Numbered from the stretch's first letter, positions 1-9,772 are shown. The stretch: DNA of 64,000 nt from an uncultured virus (IMG/VR IMGVR_UViG_3300034110_000988) (IMGVR_UViG_3300034110_000988); one strand, 5' to 3'. Numbers and translations are program-made. Notes: generated by a model from the letters alone, not told the origin.

Positions 1-2
1 AT

Positions 3-83
3 CTATTAGAAAAAGTAGATATTGATGCGTTGAAGGAAGAAATTCTTGCTGCCAATTGTGGTTCGTTTACTTTTGATTTCTAA
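3..83 (+). CDS. 3' end of hypothetical protein (partial), paralog of 8222..8623
   Basis: Reads LLEKVDIDALKEEILAANCGSFTFDF*, matching LLKVVDINALKEEIMEKNLNSFNYDW* of 8222..8623. Confidence 0.75.
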   Translation, partial: LLEKVDIDALKEEILAANCGSFTFDF

Positions 84-99
84 TTCAGAATTTTGGCTG

Positions 100-128
100 T
101 TGACGCTTTTGTCTTAATAGGCTATAAT
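100..128 (+). promoter_or_regulatory. sigma70-type promoter of tRNA operon
   Basis: TTGACG-17nt-TATAAT. Confidence 0.75.
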
Positions 129-160
129 GCCCACCTGTCATACGTTGTTGTATGACACAT

Positions 161-238
161 CTATGTGTAGCTCAGTTTGGTTAGAGCATCTGCTGCTGAA
201 GCGGAAGGACATTGGTTCAAATCCAGTCGCATAGGCCA
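161..238 (+). tRNA. atypical tRNA, nominal anticodon CTG (Gln), G at position 33
   Basis: Acceptor CTATGTG/CGCATAG, D arm GCTC/GAGC, anticodon stem TCTGC/GCGGA with loop TGCTGAA, T arm ATTGG-TTCAAAT-CCAGT, G73-CCA. Confidence 0.75.
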
Positions 239-403
239 GTTTGTTGAAAAGAAGTGCTGTAATAGTGCCAGTGTGCTGATTTAGGTGGCGACGAGTTACT
301 AAGTTAGATGACATGGTTACAGTTAGGAAAGTCGCTATAACAAACATCCGAGAAAAGCTTTGTGGATTAAACTTCTCTAAGCAAAGATAAACTTTTCTCA
401 AAC

Positions 404-487
404 GCCCATGTGGTGGAATGGTAGACGCGGTGGATTCAAAATCCTCTGTCGAAAGACGTGTCGGTTCGAGTCCGACCTTGGGCACCA
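404..487 (+). tRNA. tRNA-Leu(CAA)
   Basis: Cloverleaf with long variable arm, loop TT-CAA-AA, GGTTCGAGTCC, ACCA end. Confidence 0.93.
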
Positions 488-522
488 AATTAACAGCATT
501 ATCTTAAAGGCACTCTATTATC

Positions 523-738
523 ATGTTTAAAGCATTTAAAGCTATGTTCTCGAAACCTGTCACCAAACCAGCATGCTTGGAATATCTGGTGTCTTATGGC
601 TCTGGTCAATTCATTCTTTGGAATATGGATCGCACTCAACAATTAAATACCTTCCATGAGCATGAATCCAACAAAATTAAACGTTGGGCGAAAATCAATG
701 GCTATCACATTGCCGAAAAGTTTGAAACTGTGATCTAA
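523..738 (+). CDS. hypothetical protein, paralog of next gene
   Basis: Shares YGSG.F..TF.EHES...W.K.N.(Y/F)H.AE with 814..1038. Confidence 0.8.
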   Translation: MFKAFKAMFSKPVTKPACLEYLVSYGSGQFILWNMDRTQQLNTFHEHESNKIKRWAKINGYHIAEKFETVI

Positions 739-813
739 ACAAGCCGACATTGGTTGCGTTTTATGATGTTATTTGGTAAAATGGCATTATCAAATTCCTT
801 ATGGAGCATTGAA

Positions 814-1038
814 ATGATGAAAATCTTGCAGAGCTTTAAACGCTTATTTGCCGTAGAAGACACAACGCCTGTTAGTGTTGAATACGTCAGCGATTATGGT
901 TCGGGATCTTTTATTGTTCGCAGTCTTGACCATAAGGTTACGTTGAAAACGTTCCAAGAGCATGAATCTCGCCAGATGAAACCTTGGATGAAAGCTAATT
1001 GTTTTCATGTCGCTGAACGCTTAAACACTATTATCTAA
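814..1038 (+). CDS. hypothetical protein, paralog of 523..738
   Basis: GGAG RBS before ATG 814; clear paralogy. Confidence 0.8.
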   Translation: MMKILQSFKRLFAVEDTTPVSVEYVSDYGSGSFIVRSLDHKVTLKTFQEHESRQMKPWMKANCFHVAERLNTII

Positions 1039-1056
1039 TTATTCAGGAGTGTTATC

Positions 1057-1260
1057 ATGGGTCAAGCTCGAAATCGTGGTTCTTTTGAAGACCGAAAAGC
1101 TAAATCTATTGTCGCTGAACAAGAACGGCTGGCCGCTTATGATCGTCGTCAAGCGTTGATTGAACTCAATCGCACACCCGAAGAACGTGCCGCTCGTAAA
1201 CGATCCCGCCATGCTTACCACACCATGATGGCAATTGCGGCTGGTGGTTTGATTCGCTGA
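1057..1260 (+). CDS. small basic hypothetical protein
   Basis: AGGAG RBS; MGQARNRGSFEDRK start. Confidence 0.75.
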   Translation: MGQARNRGSFEDRKAKSIVAEQERLAAYDRRQALIELNRTPEERAARKRSRHAYHTMMAIAAGGLIR

Positions 1261-1274
1261 TTTTGGAGTGACTT

Positions 1275-1562
1275 ATGACTGATAAGATTAAAGTAACCAT
1301 TACCTATGAGTATGAGACGCTTCAAAAGGAAACACTTCTTTTTGCGAACATTTGTTTAGGTATTAGTATTGTTGTTTTTATGGTGTTCTTTCTGATTCGT
1401 CATCATGACATGAACAGTTTTATACCGGGAAACAGCAGTTATTTGTATCATTCTATGGACTCAGTGGCTCGTTTTAAAGTTGGCTTGTTAATCCACAAGA
1501 TTTTCGTTGCTCTTGCTGGTATCGGTTATTTGTCTTACTTTATCCAGAAGTTTCAAAAATAA
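1275..1562 (+). CDS. 2-TM membrane protein
   Basis: GGAG RBS, two hydrophobic segments. Confidence 0.7.
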   Translation: MTDKIKVTITYEYETLQKETLLFANICLGISIVVFMVFFLIRHHDMNSFIPGNSSYLYHSMDSVARFKVGLLIHKIFVALAGIGYLSYFIQKFQK

Positions 1563-1664
1563 ATTAAAATTCATATTTTCAACAAAGCTGTCATTATGAT
1601 GGCTTTTTTTGTTCCATTTTTTTGTAGTTCCTGTTATAATCATGGCTCAATTTTGGGAGTTCGT

Positions 1665-2021
1665 ATGAATATTAAAATCATGTTGTTCAGTGTTTTTGCT
1701 CTGTTTCTGACAGGTTGCACCATCGGTTATTCTACTCACACGACCGCATTGCCTAACAATTATCGAGTGGTGTCTATTGCGAATACACCCGAATTGAAGG
1801 CCGACTTGTTGTCGATGACAGATTTCAACATTTTTTACAATCAAGTCCTGCCAGAATCGTGCCGTGGTGTTATTCAAGTGGGCGACTACATCCCCATGAT
1901 AGAAGAAACAACAACCACCTCATTGACGGTTGGTGAAGTGAAGACATTACAACCCTTGTTTCGGAGTGGTGAGTGCATTAAAGCCTCAAAAGATGCGGGT
2001 CTATATCTAGACAGTAAATAA
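1665..2021 (+). CDS. putative lipoprotein
   Basis: Signal peptide with lipobox LTGC; GGAG RBS. Confidence 0.7.
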   Translation: MNIKIMLFSVFALFLTGCTIGYSTHTTALPNNYRVVSIANTPELKADLLSMTDFNIFYNQVLPESCRGVIQVGDYIPMIEETTTTSLTVGEVKTLQPLFRSGECIKASKDAGLYLDSK

Positions 2022-2055
2022 GCTAATTTTTGATCGAATAGTTAGGAAAAAAATA

Positions 2056-2084
2056 TTGACAAAAAGGGTGTATATTTATATAAT
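2056..2084 (+). promoter_or_regulatory. consensus sigma70 promoter of nhaP
   Basis: TTGACA-17nt-TATAAT. Confidence 0.8.
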
Positions 2085-2156
2085 AGCGACATGACACGCG
2101 ATAGTATTCAGCTATTGTAATTTTAAACGAAAAGGAAAGAAAATGAGGACTCTCGA

Positions 2157-3509
2157 ATGCTAAATATTGTTGCTGCGTTTATGGCGATTACGACCGCCAT
2201 TACCTACCTTAACTACAAATTTTTCAAACTACCCCATGCGATTGGCGTCATGTTTGGTGCTTTGTTGCTGAGTTTCAGTATTCAAGCAGCTACCTATTTT
2301 GGTTATCCTTTCATGCAGTATACTGCTATTGATATGATTTCCAAGATTGACTTCCATGAGCTGTTGATGGTGTGGATTCTTCCAGCATTGCTGTTTGCGG
2401 GTTGCTTGACTGTTAACGTCAGCGATTTGAAAACACACAAATGGGCCATTGCTGGTTTGGCTACGCTTGGGGTTGTCATTGCAACAGTAGTTATTGGATT
2501 CTGCACCTTCCAAGTCCTTAACTCTCTTGGATTGAAAGTAAGCTTGCTGTATTGCTTCTTGTTTGGTGCATTGATTAGCCCAACTGATCCTATTGCAGTC
2601 ATGGGAATTTTGAGAAATGCGGGTGCCCCAAAGAACTTGCGAGTAACCATTGTGGGTGAATCATTGTTCAATGACGGGACAGCCATCGTAGCGTTTGCCA
2701 TCTTGTTTGCTTTGGTAACATCGGGTGGCGAACCAACCTTGTCTCATGCTGGTATGTTGTTCTTGCAAGAAGCTGTTGGTGGTGTGTTCTTTGGTTTGGC
2801 TTTGGGTGGTGCTACCGTGCTGTTGCTCAAAACCATTGATGAAGCTCATATTGCAGTAATGGTGACGTTGGTGATGGTTATCGGTGGTGCGACATTGGCA
2901 AGTAAGTTGCACGTTTCTGCACCTTTGGCTATTGTGATTGCTGGCCTTTGCTTGGGTCATAAAGAATTCAACCACATGAATGAGCAAACTCACAAAGTGG
3001 TCAATAGCTTCTGGCATATTGTTGATGAATTCTTGAACGGTATGTTGTTTGCTCTTATCGGTCTTGAACTGTTGATTGTGAAGTTTGACCTGCTACATGT
3101 TGTGATTGCTGTAACGATGTTTGTAGTGTTGGTTCTTAGCCGTCTATTGACTGTTATTCCGCCACTGGCTCTTATGAAGAAACTTCGTAAAGACACTGGC
3201 TTTGGGCCGGGTAGTGCTGCAATCTTGGCTTGGGGTGGTCTGCGTGGTGGTGTGTCGATTGCACTGGTCTTGTCGCTACCTTCAAGCCCTGAGAAAGACA
3301 TTCTGTTGCCTCTGACTTACATCATTGTGTTGGGTTCCATCCTCATTCAAGGTTTGACTGTTGGTAAGCTGGTTAAAATCTTGTTTGACAAGGACAAAAA
3401 CAATGTGTTGGACGAGTATGAAAACAGTCATGGTCACGGTGAAGTAAATGCCAAGCCTGTTGTGGAAATTGTCCAGCCAGCAATTGAACACAAGATCGAT
3501 ACTCATTGA
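2157..3509 (+). CDS. nhaP: Na+/H+ antiporter, CPA1 family
   Basis: About 12 TM segments; FGALISPTDPIAV, GESLFNDG and WGGLRG motifs. Confidence 0.95.
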   Translation: MLNIVAAFMAITTAITYLNYKFFKLPHAIGVMFGALLLSFSIQAATYFGYPFMQYTAIDMISKIDFHELLMVWILPALLFAGCLTVNVSDLKTHKWAIAGLATLGVVIATVVIGFCTFQVLNSLGLKVSLLYCFLFGALISPTDPIAVMGILRNAGAPKNLRVTIVGESLFNDGTAIVAFAILFALVTSGGEPTLSHAGMLFLQEAVGGVFFGLALGGATVLLLKTIDEAHIAVMVTLVMVIGGATLASKLHVSAPLAIVIAGLCLGHKEFNHMNEQTHKVVNSFWHIVDEFLNGMLFALIGLELLIVKFDLLHVVIAVTMFVVLVLSRLLTVIPPLALMKKLRKDTGFGPGSAAILAWGGLRGGVSIALVLSLPSSPEKDILLPLTYIIVLGSILIQGLTVGKLVKILFDKDKNNVLDEYENSHGHGEVNAKPVVEIVQPAIEHKIDTH

Positions 3510-3610
3510 GCATTTAGTTTATAACTAACCGCCCCTAGTGGCGGTTTTTTATTGCCTTTATTTTGTGTTAATGGTATAATCATCACTTACATCAATTAGA
3601 GTAAGAAACC

Positions 3611-4045
3611 ATGAATATCAAACGATTGAATCTTGATGGTTGGATGAAATCAAAACGAGGCTTTGAGGACACTATTAAATACAGTAGTGCTCATTACACT
3701 GAAATAGAGCCTATCATTGGTAAAGACGGCATCTACCTCAAAGGCAAGGAATGCTGGTTTGAAGTTAATGGTGTGGCTTATACATCCAGCAAAAGCTCTT
3801 TTGATTACATGTTCGATATTTTGACGGTTCGTGAATTGTCGAAACGACAGACAGACGCACTTGAAGCTATTGTGAAAGCTAGACTTGCAACAAAATCACA
3901 AAAGAAGCTGTATGGTTTCCATGTGCTACATGGCAACAAGTTTGATGTCAATGAAGCTCGCCGTAAAAAGCGATTAAAAGACATGAAAACACGTATGCAG
4001 GATAAACGAAAATCTGCTACACTAACCGCCACAACTATTGCTTAG
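3611..4045 (+). CDS. hypothetical protein, paralog of 23260..23646
   Basis: MNIKR.N, I.PI...DG....GK.CWFE shared. Confidence 0.8.
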   Translation: MNIKRLNLDGWMKSKRGFEDTIKYSSAHYTEIEPIIGKDGIYLKGKECWFEVNGVAYTSSKSSFDYMFDILTVRELSKRQTDALEAIVKARLATKSQKKLYGFHVLHGNKFDVNEARRKKRLKDMKTRMQDKRKSATLTATTIA

Positions 4046-4055
4046 GAATAATTGG

Positions 4056-4394
4056 ATGAAACATATTTTGCTTGCTGCTCTTACCACTGTTGTCCTTCTA
4101 TCTCTGTCTGGCTGCAATCATGGCGTTGAAGTTGAACGAAAAGTGAAAGAATATGAAGTCGTTCATATTAATCCTCCAAAGCGTTTTTACGTTGATTTAA
4201 AGGACGTTGAAACAGGTGTGGTCTACAAAAGTGAATATGTCAGTAAACGTTGTAGTTATTGGCGGAAACTTGAACTTGGCACGAAATGGAAATTTACAGA
4301 AATCACTTACCGAAATGATGAAGGTAAGTTGACATATCGCTTGAATGGTGTGAATACGTTGTGTGATTCTCTTCGCAACTTGCCTGATAAGTGA
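4056..4394 (+). CDS. putative lipoprotein, paralog of 5146..5496
   Basis: Lipobox LSGC; YEVV.I..PK.F.VDL.DVE.G shared. Confidence 0.8.
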   Translation: MKHILLAALTTVVLLSLSGCNHGVEVERKVKEYEVVHINPPKRFYVDLKDVETGVVYKSEYVSKRCSYWRKLELGTKWKFTEITYRNDEGKLTYRLNGVNTLCDSLRNLPDK

Positions 4395-4450
4395 TTGTTT
4401 GATGACGGGTGAAATCTTCGCCAGTTTTTTATTTTCAAGGAGATAAACCA

Positions 4451-5128
4451 ATGAACAGTAATTTTATTAAAGAAGTTTTCTGGAAAAATGACCTGACTTA
4501 TCTGTGTCTCACTTTTCCATTGGTTCTTTTTTTAATCAAAGAGCAATCAATTTTTTTGATAATGCCGATTGCCATTATTGTTTCATTACTCTTGGCTTTT
4601 TCTTGGCATGCTTCATTAGAGAAACGTTACATTTTTAATTCTTTGATGAAATTTCATTTTCTTGTTGGGATTATCTTGACTGGTTTTCATTTCATTCCAA
4701 CAACAGATACAAGTATGAAATTTATTTATAGCAGTATGGATATGATTTTTATATCTTTTTATAGCACGTATGTTTTCATGAATTCATATTGTTTAGCTGA
4801 AAATGCAAATGAACATTATGAAGGTGAGTATCATCCAGAACTAGAAGACACTTATCGAGAGAATGCTTATCGCCGTAGTATTTACAGTATTATGAAATGG
4901 AATAATACTATTCAGTATCAATATGACAAAGACATTGATACTTACTTGCTTCATAGTCAGCTTTATGAAAATATTGCTCATTTCCGGTTTGGTTTTCGTA
5001 TTATAAATGTCGGGAAAGGTGAAATATCATGTCTTCATGATTACATTTCCTACTTGCATGAAAATGGCATGTATTCAAATAAAATGAATACTGCTGAATT
5101 TGCGGTTTTTAAAATGTATTCTATTTGA
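4451..5128 (+). CDS. membrane protein with C-terminal MxxI motif
   Basis: AGGAG RBS; 4 TM segments; ends VFKMYSI. Confidence 0.75.
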   Translation: MNSNFIKEVFWKNDLTYLCLTFPLVLFLIKEQSIFLIMPIAIIVSLLLAFSWHASLEKRYIFNSLMKFHFLVGIILTGFHFIPTTDTSMKFIYSSMDMIFISFYSTYVFMNSYCLAENANEHYEGEYHPELEDTYRENAYRRSIYSIMKWNNTIQYQYDKDIDTYLLHSQLYENIAHFRFGFRIINVGKGEISCLHDYISYLHENGMYSNKMNTAEFAVFKMYSI

Positions 5129-5145
5129 TTTTCTTGGAGTTTTTT

Positions 5146-5496
5146 ATGATAAAATTAATGATTTCAGTCATTTCTTTGCCTATTTTATTAGGGCTTTACT
5201 TTTTGTATCTATTCAATCAACCAAATATTCCTGATGTTGTACTCTCTAATATATCTAAAGTTTATGAGGTTGTTAAAATACGTCATCCGAAACATTTTAA
5301 TGTCGATCTTCTGGATGTTGAAAATGGGAATATTTACCGTTCTCTTTATATATCAAAACATTGTGCATATTCTTACAATTTAAAGCTTCATAGTCGTTGG
5401 TCTTTTAATGAAGTTTTATATGAAAGTAAAGAAGGGGTTCGTTACAAGAAAATTGAAGGCGTTGACTCTTTATGTAAACAGCTAAAAGACAAATAG
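5146..5496 (+). CDS. membrane-anchored paralog of 4056..4394
   Basis: N-terminal TM segment; shared motif and Cys pair. Confidence 0.75.
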   Translation: MIKLMISVISLPILLGLYFLYLFNQPNIPDVVLSNISKVYEVVKIRHPKHFNVDLLDVENGNIYRSLYISKHCAYSYNLKLHSRWSFNEVLYESKEGVRYKKIEGVDSLCKQLKDK

Positions 5497-5613
5497 ATTT
5501 TTATACATTAAAATATTAAGATTGACAAAATTAGTTAATTTAATTTCAGTGAAAGATTAATGTTGACTTATTTCTTATATTTTTCTATAATCAGGGCGTT
5601 AATCGGAGGATTT

Positions 5614-6453
5614 ATGGAAATTAGAGAAGATTTTAAAGTCGATTTTGACTCTTGGAAAAAAGAGGCTAAACAGCTTTGTCGTAAATCTGTACTGTTTCTT
5701 TTGGTTTTTGTATTTTTAATCCCTTTTGGGGTATATTGCTTGATGCAAAAATTTCAAATGGCTGCTCCTAGTCTAAACGTTATTCACTATCCATTAGCCG
5801 CACTGGTTATGCTCTTTTTTAGTTTGTTTACTGCATTTTATGCAATGTTTTATTTTAAACGAACTGACTTTGGTGAAGCTAAAAACATTATCAACATTGT
5901 AAGAGATATTCTCTACACTTATAATAACTTTGTTGAATATGTCAAAATCCATATTGTCTTCTTTTATATTATTGGTGGCTTGGCAGTTTTCACGCTCTTG
6001 TTATCGCTTTTCGTTACTGTTCCAGCCGTGCCAAAAACTTATTTAAGCATATTTTCATCCAGTATGGTGGGTGTTTATATTTCTTTTTATTTATTGATGG
6101 CTGCAACTCAACGCTATATCTTTGGCATAGTCTATATCGGTTATGGCATGGTTAACCGAGAAGGTGCCTCAATTTTAACGACACAGGCTTATAGTAAGTA
6201 TCCTGAATTGCAAAAGTATGTGTTTGAAAAATCGGCTATCTTTAATATGGTATATATCTTTGGATGGCTCTTTATGATTATGTCTGGTAACGAGATTATT
6301 CGTTGTGCATTGTCTTGTATCTTTATTGGTTGGTCAAGTTATAATGTTGCTATCTATTATTTGATTTCACGCGACCTTTATGGTGGTAGGAAACAAACCC
6401 AAAAAGTAACAGAAAAAGTTGAAGATATTGGTGCATTGCCTAATCCAATTTAA
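5614..6453 (+). CDS. multi-pass membrane protein
   Basis: GGAGG RBS; about 6 hydrophobic segments. Confidence 0.75.
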   Translation: MEIREDFKVDFDSWKKEAKQLCRKSVLFLLVFVFLIPFGVYCLMQKFQMAAPSLNVIHYPLAALVMLFFSLFTAFYAMFYFKRTDFGEAKNIINIVRDILYTYNNFVEYVKIHIVFFYIIGGLAVFTLLLSLFVTVPAVPKTYLSIFSSSMVGVYISFYLLMAATQRYIFGIVYIGYGMVNREGASILTTQAYSKYPELQKYVFEKSAIFNMVYIFGWLFMIMSGNEIIRCALSCIFIGWSSYNVAIYYLISRDLYGGRKQTQKVTEKVEDIGALPNPI

Positions 6454-6519
6454 CTTCGATTAGTTTTAATAACGAAAAAGAAAGACACATCATTGTGTCT
6501 TTTTATTTTCTTCGACTAA

Positions 6520-7236
6520 TTATTGTTTTTCTAAGCTTACATATGTGCCTACACGACGACCAATAGCAATAGATGATAGATTGCCTTTCCCCATTACATC
6601 GCACACCACAATAGGAATATTAAAGTCTTTACACATTGTAAATGCTGTCATGTCCATGACTTCTAAGTTCTGGTCGATGGCTTCTTTAAAAGTTAAGGTA
6701 TCGTATTTAACAGCGTCTGGGTATTTGTTGGGGTCTTTATCATAAATGCCGTCTACTTTCGTGGCTTTAATGATAATATCGCAGTTGAGTTCTTGTGCTT
6801 TCAGACTGGATGCTGTGTCGGTGGTAGAGAAAGGGTTCCCGGTACCGGCTGATAAAATGACAATACGTTTCTTACTGAGGTGTTTCATGGCTTTCAATCG
6901 TATGAAAGGTTCAGCAACTTGGTTTACCCCTATGGCTGTCATTACACGGTTTTCAATGCCTTTAGACTTCAAAACATCCTGCAGATACAATCCATTCATA
7001 ACAGTGGCTAACATACCCATGTAATCAGCCGTGGCTGGATCAACGCCATGACCATTTAAACTTTTACCTCGACAGATGTTCCCGCCGCCGACCACAATAG
7101 CAATTTCTACACCCATTTTATGAATGCTGGCAATTTCGTTTACAATTGCATTGACCGCTTCTTTGCCATATCCAAATTTCTCATCTCCCATCAGGGATTC
7201 GCCGCTTAACTTTAACAAGATACGATTATATTTCAT
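6520..7236 (-). CDS. pyrH: UMP kinase
   Basis: RILLKLSGE, VVGGGN, ADYMGMLAT, GTGNPFSTTD, KATKVDGIYD.DP, VMDMTA. Confidence 0.97.
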   Translation of the reverse strand: MKYNRILLKLSGESLMGDEKFGYGKEAVNAIVNEIASIHKMGVEIAIVVGGGNICRGKSLNGHGVDPATADYMGMLATVMNGLYLQDVLKSKGIENRVMTAIGVNQVAEPFIRLKAMKHLSKKRIVILSAGTGNPFSTTDTASSLKAQELNCDIIIKATKVDGIYDKDPNKYPDAVKYDTLTFKEAIDQNLEVMDMTAFTMCKDFNIPIVVCDVMGKGNLSSIAIGRRVGTYVSLEKQ

Positions 7237-7386
7237 AAATTTTCCTCAGAATTGTTTTCGATATAATACATTGTTTGATGACTATCGTCAATTATAAATA
7301 AACACTTTTTTCAACCATTTTGATTGCTTCGTTTAGCGTTTTTTGGTATAATCCTATTCTTACTCATTATTGCATAGGTAGCTAAA

Positions 7387-7833
7387 ATGGCTCTCAGCAT
7401 TGAACAAACGAAAGTATTGATTACACTGGTCGATAACAGTTTCACTTGTATTGCAAATGAACGTAAGCGTCTTTGTTCCCTTCTTGATAATGACTATTAT
7501 AATGAGTCTATAAACAAAAAAGATACACTTCAATTCATTAATGATAGTTCTAATAAGAAAATGTTGGCATGCCTTACTTTCAATGAATTGGCTGCTGTTC
7601 TTCCAGTGGATGAAGAATTTATTGATGGAATGCATTCAGACTCTTTTAATATTATCCTCGAATGTATTAATAAGAACATTAAACTGTTGCAAAAAGAACG
7701 TAACAGTGTTGATGACATTAAAACATTTGTTTCACCAGAAGTATTAAAAATTATCAAAAATTCTTTTGATAAAAAAGTAATCCAGTTAGAAGAAATAAAA
7801 AACAATATGAATTCAATGTTCAGTTATTTATAA
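7387..7833 (+). CDS. hypothetical protein
   Basis: ORF after TGGTATAAT promoter. Confidence 0.7.
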   Translation: MALSIEQTKVLITLVDNSFTCIANERKRLCSLLDNDYYNESINKKDTLQFINDSSNKKMLACLTFNELAAVLPVDEEFIDGMHSDSFNIILECINKNIKLLQKERNSVDDIKTFVSPEVLKIIKNSFDKKVIQLEEIKNNMNSMFSYL

Positions 7834-7850
7834 TGAAAGGAGTTTGCCTC

Positions 7851-8198
7851 ATGAGTTATTTGGATCAGTTTAGCAGCAAGGTTAAATTCATTAATAACAA
7901 TGAAAACCAGAAACCTCACGCTTTTCATATTTTATCTAATGAATATGTGCGTATTACCGAAGATGTTCAACTACGCAAAAACACACTAAATCAGCAAGAT
8001 TATCAGAACTATTTTGCGGTTCATCAATTGTTTATTGAATTTATGGATTCTTTTATCATCAATGCTGCAACACCAATTATTAGATCGGCCTTGTCTGATT
8101 TTAAAAATTCGCTTGGTAACACTTACAAAAAAATCTATAAAGAATATGAACGCAAAAATAGTTTTTTCAGTGATCTTTCTGTTATTATTAACCGATAA
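7851..8198 (+). CDS. hypothetical protein
   Basis: AGGAG RBS. Confidence 0.65.
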   Translation: MSYLDQFSSKVKFINNNENQKPHAFHILSNEYVRITEDVQLRKNTLNQQDYQNYFAVHQLFIEFMDSFIINAATPIIRSALSDFKNSLGNTYKKIYKEYERKNSFFSDLSVIINR

Positions 8199-8221
8199 TT
8201 TTATCATTAGGAATTTTAATT

Positions 8222-8623
8222 ATGAACGTTCTTGAAAACATGCAAACACTTCATGCTAAGCTTGAAGAAATTAAACCGAATTTTGCTACCTATATTAAAA
8301 ACAAAGCTATCCCACTGGAAGAACGTTGGGCTGTCTTTTCTTTGGCTCCATCTAACTTAAAAGAACACGAAGAGTATGGGCCGGATTTTGACACTCTGCA
8401 TCCTGATTTCATTATGTGTGATGGCCCAGTTCATATGGAGCGTGGTCAAACCATGTCTACGATTGATCTTATTGAATCCATCGAAGAAAGTTTGAAGGAT
8501 CTTGAAGATAATTCTTATTGTGGACGAGAATGGGCTGAAAAATTGCTCAAAGTCGTTGATATTAATGCATTGAAAGAAGAAATCATGGAAAAGAACCTGA
8601 ACAGTTTTAATTATGATTGGTAA
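8222..8623 (+). CDS. hypothetical protein
   Basis: ORF; paralog at window start. Confidence 0.75.
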   Translation: MNVLENMQTLHAKLEEIKPNFATYIKNKAIPLEERWAVFSLAPSNLKEHEEYGPDFDTLHPDFIMCDGPVHMERGQTMSTIDLIESIEESLKDLEDNSYCGREWAEKLLKVVDINALKEEIMEKNLNSFNYDW

Positions 8624-8732
8624 TTTCTGTTTTATTTTTAATGATAGCCGTTTCTATTTTTGAATCGGTTTTTCTTGTTTTTGAATTGCCTATAGAGTAT
8701 AATCAACTTCTTTAAATGATTAGGATGCAACC

Positions 8733-9215
8733 ATGGAACTCATTGAAGATTTGACCGAAGAACAAATTATTGCTCAAGCCGAGATGAACTCCCGGCCAGA
8801 TGATGCTCCTTATTATTACATGTACAGCATTCTTCGCACTGACATTCATATGCTTGAAGGCAAAATGCTCTCGCAGTCTGGTCATGCCTTCACCGATTCT
8901 TTGTTAGCTGCACAGAAAAAGAAACCCGAAGTGTGTGATCAGTATCGTGCATGGTGTAACGAACACCGGGACGCCTTCAATGGTGGTGCTAAGGTCAACA
9001 TGAAAGCCAAAAACAGTTCTCAACTGGTGAAGGCATATAATATTGCTCGAAAGGCTGGTATTCCTTGTGCGATTGTTGTTGATCGTGATCATATCCATCC
9101 GCCACACTTCAATGGTCAATTGATTATTACTGCTCTTGGTCTTGGGCCTTGTACTCAGGAAGAAGCTTATCAAATTACGAAACGATTCACTTGTATTCAG
9201 GATAAGTTGAAATAA
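8733..9215 (+). CDS. pth2: peptidyl-tRNA hydrolase, Pth2 family
   Basis: ILRTDI.M..GKM.SQ.GHA, AKV.MK, IVVD, TALGLGP motifs. Confidence 0.88.
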   Translation: MELIEDLTEEQIIAQAEMNSRPDDAPYYYMYSILRTDIHMLEGKMLSQSGHAFTDSLLAAQKKKPEVCDQYRAWCNEHRDAFNGGAKVNMKAKNSSQLVKAYNIARKAGIPCAIVVDRDHIHPPHFNGQLIITALGLGPCTQEEAYQITKRFTCIQDKLK

Positions 9216-9268
9216 ATTTATTCTTGATTTTTTGTTAATAACTGTTATTATTCAATTGTTGTCATAAT

Positions 9269-9376
9269 GGGAAACCTCTTCGGCCCTTATAACATTGCAT
9301 CGAAAACCGAGTCAGGACCGGAAGGTAGCAGCTCTATTGGTGTCAATGTGTGTAAGTCAGTTTGAAGAGGTTTTCC
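9269..9376 (+). ncRNA. ffs: bacterial small SRP RNA (4.5S)
   Basis: Helix-8 motif TCAGG-ACC-GGAA-GGT-AGCAGC within a long hairpin closed by a 15-bp stem GGGAAACCTCTTCGG/TTGAAGAGGTTTTCC, followed by a T tract. Confidence 0.92.
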
Positions 9377-9466
9377 TTTTTTATTATATTTTTTTATCTT
9401 TATGTCTTGTAAAAAATATGAGTCTTTATATAATGTAAGTATAAGGGTTGACTGTCTCAGCTTCTT

Positions 9467-9772
9467 ATGACCTCTCTAATGGAGTATATGGATATGACGA
9501 CATACAAAGAAGGCTCGCTTTACACATTATCAGTTGACTATTATCATAAAATTACACTGCATTGCACCTACATTGCTGATGGTTTTGTTTATTTCATTGA
9601 TAACAACAAAGACATCAACTACAAAAAAAATCTCAAAACTAAAAAACTCTATATCTTCAACACTCAATATCAAAGTTGGGATACGCTTGAAGACACCATT
9701 AAGCCTCTGGCTGATAATGAATCGGTTGAACGACCACTACCACCTAACAAATTTCAGTTTCGCGGCGATTAA
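9467..9772 (+). CDS. hypothetical protein
   Basis: ORF with GGAG RBS; true start probably slightly downstream. Confidence 0.65.
   Translation: MTSLMEYMDMTTYKEGSLYTLSVDYYHKITLHCTYIADGFVYFIDNNKDINYKKNLKTKKLYIFNTQYQSWDTLEDTIKPLADNESVERPLPPNKFQFRGD

Noticed and set aside
279..288. ATTTAGGTG resembling the start of a ToxI repeat
   Set aside because: Single 9-nt match, no repeat and no ToxI pseudoknot
138..488. Minus-strand 116-aa ORF (also 14945..15175, 15571..15780, 21511..21696)
   Set aside because: Shadow ORFs overlapping tRNA genes
2090..2156. Possible Na+/Li+ riboswitch before nhaP
   Set aside because: Only one weak hairpin; no recognisable aptamer consensus
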